NCBI GenBank assembly: GCA_004431415.1
Contig: QPMI01000603.1
Coordinates: 210,159-274,158 of the forward strand
Direction: 5' to 3'
Length of the DNA stretch: 64,000 bases
Source: Cyanophora paradoxa CCMP329
Taxonomy: Eukaryota; Plantae; Glaucophyta
A program made the position numbers and the translations under genes. Positions 12,345 through 22,566 of the stretch are shown piece after piece. How positions within the stretch are numbered: the first letter of the stretch is position 1; each line of letters begins with the position of its first letter. The notes below the pieces were generated by a model. The model was not told the DNA's origin. It did no database searches and saw only the letters and a program-made list of their open reading frames with translations.

Positions 12345-13750
12345 TTTATGCGGGGCCTCTCGTGCTTTTTTCTCCGCCGAGCGCCCAGAGTATGTAATAT
12401 ATTGATTCACTTCAACTCGAGCATCTAGCTATCTCGAGCTGATCGTGAAGAGGGGAGCACGGTTCGCGGCGCGAACCGGAGAGGCAATCCCCGTGTGGTC
12501 ACGGTTTCCTTGCGCTCTCTAGCCGAGGATACTGGCTGATGCTTCCCCAGGGGTCCACATCGTGTGCGTTTTTTCTAGCGAGCTACTGCGAGTCTAGAAT
12601 TGCAGTACCCCGAGCCCGGCACCTCGAGGGTGCCGAGCGGGCCTCTTGGAGAGGTGGGGTACAGCGACCGCTGGTAAGTGCAGCGGTCTGAGACTTAGGC
12701 AGGAGTTCATTGGTGGGCCGGGGGGCGGAGCCCGCCGGGCCCAAACCATGCCCAAGTTGCTGAGCCGTAGCCAAGAACTGGAACTTGGCGTACAGCTCAG
12801 CTCTTGCCAGGAATTCCCTTCCAGCCTTCGGATTCGATATACCGAAGTTGGCTTGTTTTTGACAGGCCGATTTTTTGAAAACCGCGGTTAAAGTTTCTTC
12901 GGCCGAACTCAGAAATCCGAAATTCGAATTCGAATTCGGGTCACCGCAATTTAATTCGGCTCCGAGCCAGGCCTTCGCCCAGGTCCTGAGGTCGGAGAGG
13001 TGCGGGAGGGTGGGTCGCGAGGCTATTCTCGCGATTTATTTAGAGGTGCGGCCGCACGGGCGCGGTCGCGTCCGTGCGGTCGCGCAAGCAACTGGCTCTA
13101 ACTGGCGGGGGCCGGCCTAATATTCCCGGCGAAGCCGGGGGGCTACCCTGTCCGGCCGCCGGGGGATAATTCGGCACGCGCCCCATGACGATTGTTGTCG
13201 TGAGATTGCGCAATTTACGCAATTAACGTGAGGGCCCCCGGGGCCGCGGGTTCGATCCCGCTTGGCCGCGAAACTGGCGACTCGGCTAATTTTGGCACTT
13301 CCGGCTCGCACAAATCTTCGTCTACGCCTTGCGCGCATACGACGTTTTATGCGGGGCCTCTCGTGCTTTTTTCTCCGCCGAGCGCCCAGAGTATGTAATA
13401 TATTGATTCACTTCAACTCGAGCATCTAGCTATCTCGAGCTGATCGTGAAGAGGGGAGCACGGTTCGCGGCGCGAACCGGAGAGGCAATCCCCGTGTGGT
13501 CACGGTTTCCTTGCGCTCTCTAGCCGAGGATACTGGCTGATGCTTCCCCAGGGGTCCACATCGTGTGCGTTTTTTCTAGCGAGCTACTGCGAGTCTAGAA
13601 TTGCTGTACCCCGAGCCCGGCACCTCGAGGGTGCCGAGCGGGCCTCTTGGGAGAGGTGGGGTACAGCGACCGCTGGTAAGTGCAGCGGTCTGAGACTTAG
13701 GCAGGAGTTCATTGGTGGGCCGGGGGGCGGAGCCCGCCGGGCCCAAACCA
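12345..13750 (-). repeat. 3' split-direct-repeat block (B1-A2-spacer-B2) of element 1
   Basis: 12345-12748 matches 13346-13750 and about 33073-33475. 13016-13345 matches 32743-33072. Confidence 0.93.
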
Positions 13751-13862
13751 AGCAAGGGCCAGGTCTCAAGCAGCAGCAGCTAGGTGGAATTTAAAAGTTT
13801 TATTCTCGTGCACACGTGCGAACAGGGTTGCACGGCTGGGAAAGCTGGAACTGAAGTCCGGT

Positions 13863-14921
13863 TCAAGCGAAGGCGACGCCTTCGGCCTCCAGGGCGACGG
13901 TGTAATCGTCGACATAGCGCTGGGGGACCATCGATGTGAGAGCCCAGCGGCCGTGGCGGCGGAGCCAGGTGGCGGAGGCGCCGCCGCGGACTGCCGAGCG
14001 GGCCCCGCCGCGTCGGAGGCTGTGGCCGGAGTAATCTGCTGGGTCGAGGCCGATGTCACCGACGCAGAGTTTAATGATGGCGCGCCCGAGGGCGTCGTCG
14101 TAGCCGCGGGGGCGGCTCGGTGGGCCCCGGAGGAAGAAGGGGGCGGTCGGCGGGAGAGGGCCGTAGCGGCGGGCGGCTGCACAGGCGTAGGCCGCAGTGG
14201 CCCGGACGGGGCAGGCCGGGCCAGCCGCGGGAGCTGGGGAGACGAGAATGTGCTCGCCGTGCCCGGCTTGGTCGGTCTTCGAGCTGGCGATAGTCACCCG
14301 CAGCATGGTCCGGCCCCCTGAAGAGATGATCGGCGTGACGTTGCCGGTCCGGAGCGCCGCGACCTCGGAGATCCGGAGAAGGCCCGCGATCCCGAGCGCT
14401 AGGAGTGCGAGGCAGGCGGTGCGCTCGAACGGAGGGAGGCTGCGAAAAGTTGCCGTTGCGGTCCATGCCTGCAGTTGTGGCAGGACCAGGGGCCGCATCT
14501 GGCGCGGCGGGCGTCCCAGTGCCCGAGTCATGCCGCGGAGCGTCATCGTGTACTCCCAGGAGTGCTGCTGGGAGGGGTCGACGAGCCGCGCAGCTTTAAG
14601 CGTACGCCAGATGTGGGCGGCCATGTTTTTGATGGTCGTAGCAGCCAGCGGTTGTCCGGTGGCCGCTTGGCGGGCACGGGCCGCTGACGCCAGGAAGAGA
14701 AGAATGGAGTCTTCGTCACCGGGGTGCAGCGGCTCGGGGGCAGCCGCGAGGAAGGCCAAGTAGCGACGCCAGACGCGCGAGGCCGCTGCGCGGGTGCGCT
14801 CCGCCCACGCCGCCGTCTGCCAGCGCGCGAGTTCGGAGCGCGCCGCGCCCCAAGAGTCGCCAGGCCGCCGGGCCGTGTCTGCGCCACGGTGGGGCGTCAG
14901 ATCGAGGCTCCCCCAGTGCAT
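13863..14921 (-). CDS. Tyrosine recombinase of element 1 (intact ORF)
   Basis: Catalytic motifs GLLRISE (R), SSKTD (K), YSGHSLRRGGA (HxxR) and HGRW...PQRY (W,Y). Confidence 0.95.
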   Translation of the reverse strand: MHWGSLDLTPHRGADTARRPGDSWGAARSELARWQTAAWAERTRAAASRVWRRYLAFLAAAPEPLHPGDEDSILLFLASAARARQAATGQPLAATTIKNMAAHIWRTLKAARLVDPSQQHSWEYTMTLRGMTRALGRPPRQMRPLVLPQLQAWTATATFRSLPPFERTACLALLALGIAGLLRISEVAALRTGNVTPIISSGGRTMLRVTIASSKTDQAGHGEHILVSPAPAAGPACPVRATAAYACAAARRYGPLPPTAPFFLRGPPSRPRGYDDALGRAIIKLCVGDIGLDPADYSGHSLRRGGARSAVRGGASATWLRRHGRWALTSMVPQRYVDDYTVALEAEGVAFA

Positions 14922-14950
14922 CAGGGGGCCCGACCCGCTCTAATGGGTTT

Positions 14951-17100
14951 TTAGAGCGCGTTTACGCCCCCCCACCAAGTCAGTACGAAGGGCCAGGGGG
15001 AGCGGCCGAGGCCAAGGAGCGATTTGCCCTGCGTCGGTTTCGCGTAAAAGGCATGCGCCGGCCGCGGTCGCAGCGAAGCGGCCTGCACCGTCGGCTGGAA
15101 CCAGAGGTCGGACAGCGCGACCGCCCAAGTCGTGCTCGGCTGCCATGGTAGTAGGAGGGCCACGGGGCAGGCGGGCGGGTGGTCGCGGAGGCTCGCCAGA
15201 AGGCGAGCTCGGAGCCGCGAGTCGGCTGTGAGAATTGCGGGGCGCTGGGGCCGCGCCGCCGCCAGCCAGACGTCGGAGTCGTCTGCGACGTGCTCATGGG
15301 GCCAGCCCGCGCCGAGAGCCGCGTGCGCCGCAGCGAGCAGTCCTCGGTGGAGCTGCGGGCGCAGGGAACGCGAGGCCGTGTCAGCCCAGCGGTTGCGTAC
15401 GCCGGGAATGTGGCGTGCGCAAAGAATAATGCCGAGCTCTGCGCAGCGTCGCCAGAGCTCGACGCACAGGTCAAACAGGCGGGGGAGGCGCTGCCCTTGC
15501 CGACTGCGGCGACCGTAGTCGAGTTGTCGGAGCGCAGGAAGACTTTTGCGCCGAACGGGAGCAGGGGGAAGAGGTCGCGCGCCGCTGCGAGCACTGCTCG
15601 GAGTTCACGCTCGTTGCTCGAGACGGGGGGCTGCGCGCCGGCACGGAGCTCTGGGGGAAACGTGCCCCAGGTGGACCACGCATCTCCCTGCCGTTCGTCA
15701 AGGGGGGCGGCCCCTTCGCCACAGTCTAAGAAGGCGGCGAAACCGTAGCTGGAGGCGTCGGTGAACAGCCGAAAGAAACGGAGGGGCTCCCGAATCGGGT
15801 GGTGGGGGCGTGTTGGGAGCACACGCCGCATCCAGTTTAGCGCGTCCGCGACCGCTCCGTCGATCTGAACTGCCAACGGGTCGAACGGGTTCCGTCCTGT
15901 ACGCTCAGCCGCCGCCAGCGCCGCAAAAATGGGGCGGGTCATGAGGCGGGCGGCCGGGAAGGCCATGCGGAGCGCAATCAATTTTCCCGCAAGCCGCTGC
16001 AGGGCTCGGACAGAGGCCGTCGGGGACGCCAGCGCCTCGTCTAGGAGAGCCGTGATTTTTGCCACTTTTTTCGGCGTTACGGTGAAGACGCCGCGCCCAG
16101 GGCGGGTGTCGATCTCGAGTCCCAGGTATTCAGTGACCTGGGTCGGAGTGAAGTCCGACTTCGACGAAAACACTAGGCCGAGCTGCGGGCCAGCCAGCGA
16201 AGGTGCTGGGAGACCAGCTCGGCAATCTCGCGTGAGGGGCAGATGAAGAGCCCGTCATCAATGTAGGTGCAGAGGCGAACCCCGAGGGCTGCCCAGTATT
16301 TCGCAAAGGCTCGCATCAGCTTGGTGAAGACGCGACAAGCGACGTTCACGCCAAAGCAGAGGGCTTGATAGACGTACAGGCGGCCCCGCCAGCGAAAAGT
16401 CAGCAGCCGCTGAGTAGCCGGGTGCAAGGCAATGTGATAGTAGCCTTTTCGCAGGTCGTATTTGACCATCCAACAGCCCGGCGTGAGCAGAGGTGCCACG
16501 TGGTCGAGCGACTGATACTGAAATGATTTGCACTGAATAAAATCATTTACAGGCGTCGCGTCTAGGCACAAGCGGAATTTATCAGGGCCGCTCTTGTCTA
16601 CGACATGGAGCGCGCAGACATGGCGAGTGAGGAGCACGTCCTCGGCCGTCGCCAGCCTTGCCACGCCGAGGCTCAGCATCACGGCAACCTCGCGGTCGAC
16701 GAAGGTCGTGTGCTCAGGCGTCTTGAAGCATGAGGGGCGCGGCTGCTCGGCGGCTGTCGCTGGAAGGTCCTTAAGTGAGGGGACCGGCTGTCCGGGCGCT
16801 TTTTGCAGAGGAAGGCGCAGGCCTTCTCGAATCACTAGGCCAACCCAGGAGGGCAGCTCCGTGTTCGCGGCGCGGAAGAGGGCCCGCCATGCAGGTGCAA
16901 ACTTTGCGAGCTGGCCCGCACGGAAGCCTGCCTCGTGGCTGGCGAAGTCGTACGGGCCGGGGTCACCGTGCTTGCGGACTAGCTCTCGGAGCAGTGCAAA
17001 CTCGTTGTGAGAGGGAGGTGTCAAAGGGGCCCGGGGCAGTGCATCGGCCGGGAGGGGAGACCAAATCATTGATTTATTGAGGTCCCATCCTGCCTCCTGA
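14951..17100 (-). CDS. Pol of element 1: reverse transcriptase + RNase H + degenerate MTase-like tail (frameshifted)
   Basis: KFRLCLD, KYDLRKGYYHI, YQALCFG, LCTYIDDG, YLGLEID. RNase H: LFTDASSYG, SSNERELRAV, RSDNST. The 5' boundary is approximate. Confidence 0.92.
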
Positions 17101-17199
17101 TCAAAATCAGGGCTAGCTGCCGGGCTGTCTGCCTCTGACTGCGAGCTACCGACGACTGCAAAATTACGCCTGGGGGCGCCAGGTCTAGATCTGGGGGGC

Positions 17200-20100
17200 G
17201 GGGCCTCGGCCGCGCGTTTGCGGGCCTGTCGTACAGCTGCGCTCGAGCCGCTAACCGCTGCGGGCCGGCTGACCGGCGGCGCTGCCGGCGGCGCCGCCTG
17301 CGCCGCCGTGGCCGCCGCCTCCGCTGCCGTGCTGGGCGTGGCCTCCGCCTCCGCCGCCGTTGCGGCTGCCGCCGCCGCCGCCGCCCCCGCCACCGCCACC
17401 GCCGCCCCGCGCCTTGCGCAGCCGGCCGCCACCGCCGCCACCGCCACCCGAGCGGTGCTGGGCGGGATCGTAGTAGTAGCCGGGAGGCGCGGGGGGGAAC
17501 GGGAACATGGGCATGAAGCCGGTCCCCTGCGGGGTGAGGGTGGCCATGGGCCCGCCGGACTTGGCCTCTGCGCGCTGGCGCTATCAGCGCTAGCCGGCAC
17601 CAGCGCGCGCACTGTCGGCGGGGCTGGGGCTGAGGGCACGGACCAGCAAAGGTCGAGCGGACCAGGTCCGCCGGAGAGGAGGCCGTCGCCGTCGAGAGGT
17701 TCTTGCGGGCGAACTTGAGAGCTGCCTCCGCGCCCTCGAGCTGTTGCCAGGTCGGCTGGCCGGCGAGCCCGAAGCCCTCCTCCTCCTTCAGGAGGTTCGT
17801 CGCCTGCAACCGGGCAGTCCGTAAGTTCGAGGTCGGGACCGTTTTTGCGGGGCGGGGCGGGAGGGGTGGGCACCGTGCCCTTGCCAAGGAGCAGCTCGCC
17901 GCTGGCCGCGAGGCGCACAGGGTCGAAGCCGCCGGCGGAGGAGGGAGCGCAGAGGGCGTGGATGGCGACGGCGCTGCGGGTGGCCTTCTCGAGGCTGGCG
18001 CAGGCGCGCTCCAGCTTCACGAAGTGCTGGGCGAGGAAGGCCACCAGTTCCGGGTCGCCTGCGGCGCGTGCGTGGTCGAGGACGGCGCTCTGGACCTGGA
18101 CGGCGGCGAGCAGGCCCGCGAAATCGCGGCTCGCGAAGGCCTGCTCGAGGTGGAGCAGGACGGCGCGGAGGGCCGAGTCAGCGAGCTCGGCGCCGACCGC
18201 CGCGCCGCCCTTCGCAGCGGCTGCCGCCACGGCGTTCGGGGCGAGCTCCTCGCCGACGCGGCCGTCCGACAGCGTCTGAGCTGCCTTCTGGATGCGCTTG
18301 GCCAGCCAGACGACCGCCTCGCGCATCTGCGCGCTGTTGACGTCGTTGATTGGCAGCCCATGCTGCGAGCGGACTGTCTCCTCCACGGGCGGGAGGATGA
18401 TCGCGGCCTTGGCTGCCGCCGGGGGCAGCGGTGCACGGCTCGCTGCCGAGGAGGAGAAGGGCGGCTGGGGCGCCGCCGCGAAAGTCGCCGGGTAGGGCGG
18501 CTGGCCGTTGGGCGGGTTCGAGTAGTAGAGGGGCGCGTGGGGGTCGACCTCCTCCAGGAAGTCGTCGGCGTCCTCGAGCTCAAGGTCGCCGGCATGGCCC
18601 ATCGCGCTCCAGGGCGCCGCATTCCAGGTCTCGCCCGACGGAACTGGCGGTGCATCAATTTCGTGGCCGCGGGGAAGGCGGGGCGGGCGCCCGGGCGGGG
18701 AGGCGCACCGCTGCCAGCGTTCCCGTTGCGCGCCCCGCCCGGCGCCGCGAAGAAGCTGCCGGGCCGCGAGGCTGCCGGTGCCTGGGCCGGCGCCGCCGCG
18801 TTCTGCTCTCGCGGGCGTGAGGAAGTGGCGCTCGGATTCCCAGAACGCTGGCGTACCGGTGCGATGGGGCGCTTGCCATTGGGGGCCCAGCCGGCGTACC
18901 CCTTGTCGAACGCAGAGAAGGGGGTTGGCGCCGGCCGGGGGCGCTTGGGGGCGACCTCCACGTCCTCCTCCTCGTCGTCCGAGTCAGTGGGCGGCGGCGG
19001 GGGCGGCCGCTTCTTGGGGACCGCTGGAGCCGCCGGCGCCTTCGCGGCGCCGGTCTTCTTGGGCGCCTTGGAGGCCTTCGAGGGGGGAGCTGCGGGCTTC
19101 GACGTCGCCCCGGCCGGGGTCGACACAGGCTTCTTGGCGCCCTGGGCCGGCCGGGGGTCGCGCTCGGCCGCGGCGCTCGAGGTCGCCGGCTCGCGATCGC
19201 TTTCGCGGGTCGCCGAGGTGCGTGGCGCCTCCTCCAGCGTGCCAGCGAGGCGCGGGCGGAGGTATTCGCCCACTTCGATCAGCTGCCGCTGAGAGAAGAC
19301 CTTCGGGGAGAGAGCGGCGAGGACGTCGTCGAGCGTCTGCGATCGCGGGCGTCGTGAGGCCACGAACGCAACTGGCGCCGCTGCCAGGGGAGAGGGGCCG
19401 CGAGCGTACCGCGAGGTTGGGGAGGGTGCGAAGCTTGAACTGCTTGAGGGCAGTTGGCGCGAAGACGGCGCCCCAAGCGGCCTCCGGGCAGCGGCTGAGG
19501 GTCTTGAAAGCCGCCCCTGATCCTCCCGCGAAAATCGCCTCGACCTGGTCGAGGCTGAGCGAGGAGGAGGGCGGGCCCGGGCTGCGCGGCCGGCAGGTGC
19601 ACACCGTTTCGGCGACGAAGGGCAGGGCGGTGACGACGAGCGGGCACTGCTCGTCGCAGATCCGCTTGATGATCGTCGGGATGGTAGGGCGCTTGGCCTC
19701 GCCGGGGATTCCGTTCGCCAGGAGCGCCAGGAGCGCCGCGTACAGGCCAGCGACCTCGCCGACGTGGAGCTTGTACTCCTGCAGGGCGGCGGGGAAGGCC
19801 GCCGCCTGCTCCGGCATGTTGCCCAAGGGGCCCTCGAGGCCGCTGCGAGCACCGCCGACATGATCAGCGCCGTCCGCGGGCGGGAAAGAGAGGAAGTGAT
19901 CATGGGGCGTACCGGTAGGGGGCCAGGACCGGCGGGGCGACGCGGTCCTCCTCTGACTCGCCGCCCTCCGGAATGTAGTGGAGCGGGAGCCCCAGAGGGA
20001 CGCCGAAGTAGCCGCGCTGGTGGTCGTCGGCCGGCTGGGCCTGCGACACCGTGCCCTGCAGACTGGGTCAGAGACGCCGTGGGCGCGATGTTTGCAGCCT

Positions 20101-20787
20101 TGCAGGTCAGGCGCACGAAGGAGACCGTGTCGTGCTCAGTCACGTACATATCGGCCGGGCCGAACGCCGTGAGGCACAGCTGCTTGTCCGGCAACAGCCG
20201 AGCGGCCGTGAACAGGATGCCAAACTTGAGGAAGTACTTCTCGAAGAAGCCTTCGAGGTCGGCGCGCGAGGACAGCAGCTTGCGAGCCTCCGCTGCGCGC
20301 GAAGGCGTGAGCGAGGCGAGCGGTCGCGTAGTGAGCGCTCTAGCCCCTCCCGCAAGGTTAGCGGGGTGTCCGAGCCGGAGGCTCGCGATCGCGCTCCTCA
20401 GCGCTGATTGACGCGAGGTGTCGGCGCGATCTGCGCGCGGCAGGCGAGTGTGAGAACTCGAGGCGACGCGGACAGCTGGCGTGCGGTGGGACTTAGCCTC
20501 ACCCACGCCACGCCCGTCGTGCGCCCAGGGGGACGAGGATCCTGATCCGCGCCCCTGCGCCGTCGCGCGGCCGGGACTTCGACGATCAGGCTCGACTCGG
20601 AGGCGAGGCCGCCCGCCTCGAACCCGGTTAGTGCGGCAGCGTGCGCGCAGGGCGAGGGCGTGCTCCCTGGCTTGGCCGGAAGCAGGCCATCGTGAAGTGC
20701 GCGCACTTTTTGCGGAGACTCGAAATCTGCGCGAAACCGGTGACCATCGCGCAAAAAGAGACTTGCGCGGGCCGCTGTTGCCATGGG
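17200..20787 (-). CDS. ORF1 (Gag-equivalent) of element 1, intron-containing; its 5' end lies at 32312-32720 beyond nested element 2
   Basis: Codon-biased exons joined by GT..CAG introns at 19843-19912, 19337-19409 and 18803-18856. Removing element 2 joins ORF 32271..32720 in frame to ORF 20398..20805. Confidence 0.6.
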
Positions 20788-21788
20788 AAGTCGGGGTTTG
20801 CGCAATTAAGCGTAAACCGAGTTTTGCGCCGACGGAATGAATAGAAGAGAAGCCAGAGCGCCAACTGCCTACCTTAGCTAGAAGGACCGAGCGACCGGAC
20901 CGGCCTAAGCGACGGGTCCGGGCCTCGAGCACGGTATAGCAGAATTCGAGTTCTGCACCGACTCCGGGGAGAACTCAGAATTTGATTCGGTCGCGCCCTG
21001 AGGCGAACGAAGGCCGGGGTACGGCCATTCCTTCGGCTGCCCTTCGGCATAACTTCGTCCTTGGTTGCCAGCTTGACCAGGCACCCAGCGGCGAAGCGAA
21101 ATCGCCACAGCCAGTTCATACCACCTGCGTTCAGCATGACGCAGCCGAACGCACCCGAATCGGCGATTCCGCCGACCGGCCACGCCAGCCTGCAGTGGAG
21201 CAAGCTAGCTCAGCGCTTCTTCTCCAAATCCCCTGCGGCGGGCGCGATCCAGCGAACCTTGCTCGATCCGTGGCCTGACGGCGTTCAGTCTTCCTGGATG
21301 ATGCCCTGGCAGTCCGACGGATCCTCTCAGTCGCTCTTGGACTCTTACAACTGGGGCTTCCTAAAGCCCGGTACGCTCGTTCTCGGCCCGGCCGCCCGTC
21401 GGTTAGAAGATCTTCGACCGGCTATCTCGGGGCCGTGCCGCAACCGCGGCCATGCACTTAGAACCCTAGCCCGAGCACTATCTCAGAAGAGTCTCGCTCG
21501 TTTAAGTGTCTGAGCCCGACAGCCCTTCCTTTTCTTTGTTTTCCCCTTCTCGATTCCGTCGCGACGCACACTTACGCATCTCGCGCATGGCCTCGCGACG
21601 GCTGGGTCGACGCGGCGATGACGGGCGCGACGAACTCCGCCTCGAAGCCGCCCCGACCACACCCGCGCCGCCATGCCCTGCCTGACATGCCGGCGGCGCG
21701 GCGCAGATGACGGCGGCCACCGAGCGAGAGAGCCAAAAACGGTGGCGCTCCAGGACCTCGGCGGCCGCCATCATCATACCTTGCGCGG

Positions 21789-22440
21789 TGTCCCGGCAGA
21801 GCCCGGCGCGCACACCGGCAGGAAGGCGGAGCGGCTCGCGGCCGGCGCGCCGGCGAGCCCCGCAGAGCGTCGAGGCACGACTGCGTGCTCCGCTTTCTTC
21901 CCCTGTGCGATGTCCCGGCGGAGCCCGGCGCGTACATCGACAGGAAGGCGGCGAGACCCACCGGCGCGCCGGGGTCTCCCGCGGGACGTCGAGGCACGGG
22001 TCGCGTGCTCCGTCCCACCTCGCGCAGTGCCCCGGCGGAGACCGGCGCGTGCACTGGCGAGAAGGCGGAGAGGCTCGCGGCCGGCGCGCCGGCGAACCCC
22101 GCAGAGCGTCCAGGCACGCCCGCGTGCTCCGCTCCCCTCCTTTTTTCCCTGTGTGATGTCCCGGCGGAGCCCGGCGCGTACATCGACAGGAAGGCGGCGA
22201 GACCCACCGGCGCGCCGGCGGGCCCCGCGGGACGTAGATGCACGGGCCGCGTGCTCCGTCCCACCTCGCGCAGTGCCCCGGCAGAGCCCGGCGCGCGCAC
22301 TGGCGAGAAGGCGGAGAAGCTCGCGCCCGGCACGCCGGCGAGCCCCGCGGGACGTTGAGTCACAGTTACGTGCTCCGTCCTCTCCCGCGCGGTGCCCCGG
22401 CGGAGCCCGGCGCGCGCACCGGCGAGGCAGCGGCGTTCCC
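21789..22440 (+). repeat. Tandem array of six units of about 120 bp (with a higher-order dimer of about 245 bp) in element 2
   Basis: Units begin with a TG(T/C)CCCGGC(A/G)GAG(C/A)CCGGCGCG-type motif near 21790, 21911, 22027, 22157, 22273 and 22392. Confidence 0.85.
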
Positions 22441-22566
22441 CGTCGGCTCCGACGGCAGACCCCGCGAGAGTCGACGCGCGCCGCACCGCGCTCCTCTATC
22501 TAGCCTCCCCGCCCCTCCCCCGCCACGCCGCAGCCGCAACACACCGGCTGACACGGCCCCGCGCAG

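Noticed and set aside
13195-13275. tRNA gene suggested by GGTTCGATCCC
   Set aside because: No acceptor-stem partner, D-arm or anticodon arm at the proper spacing; kept only as a B-box motif.
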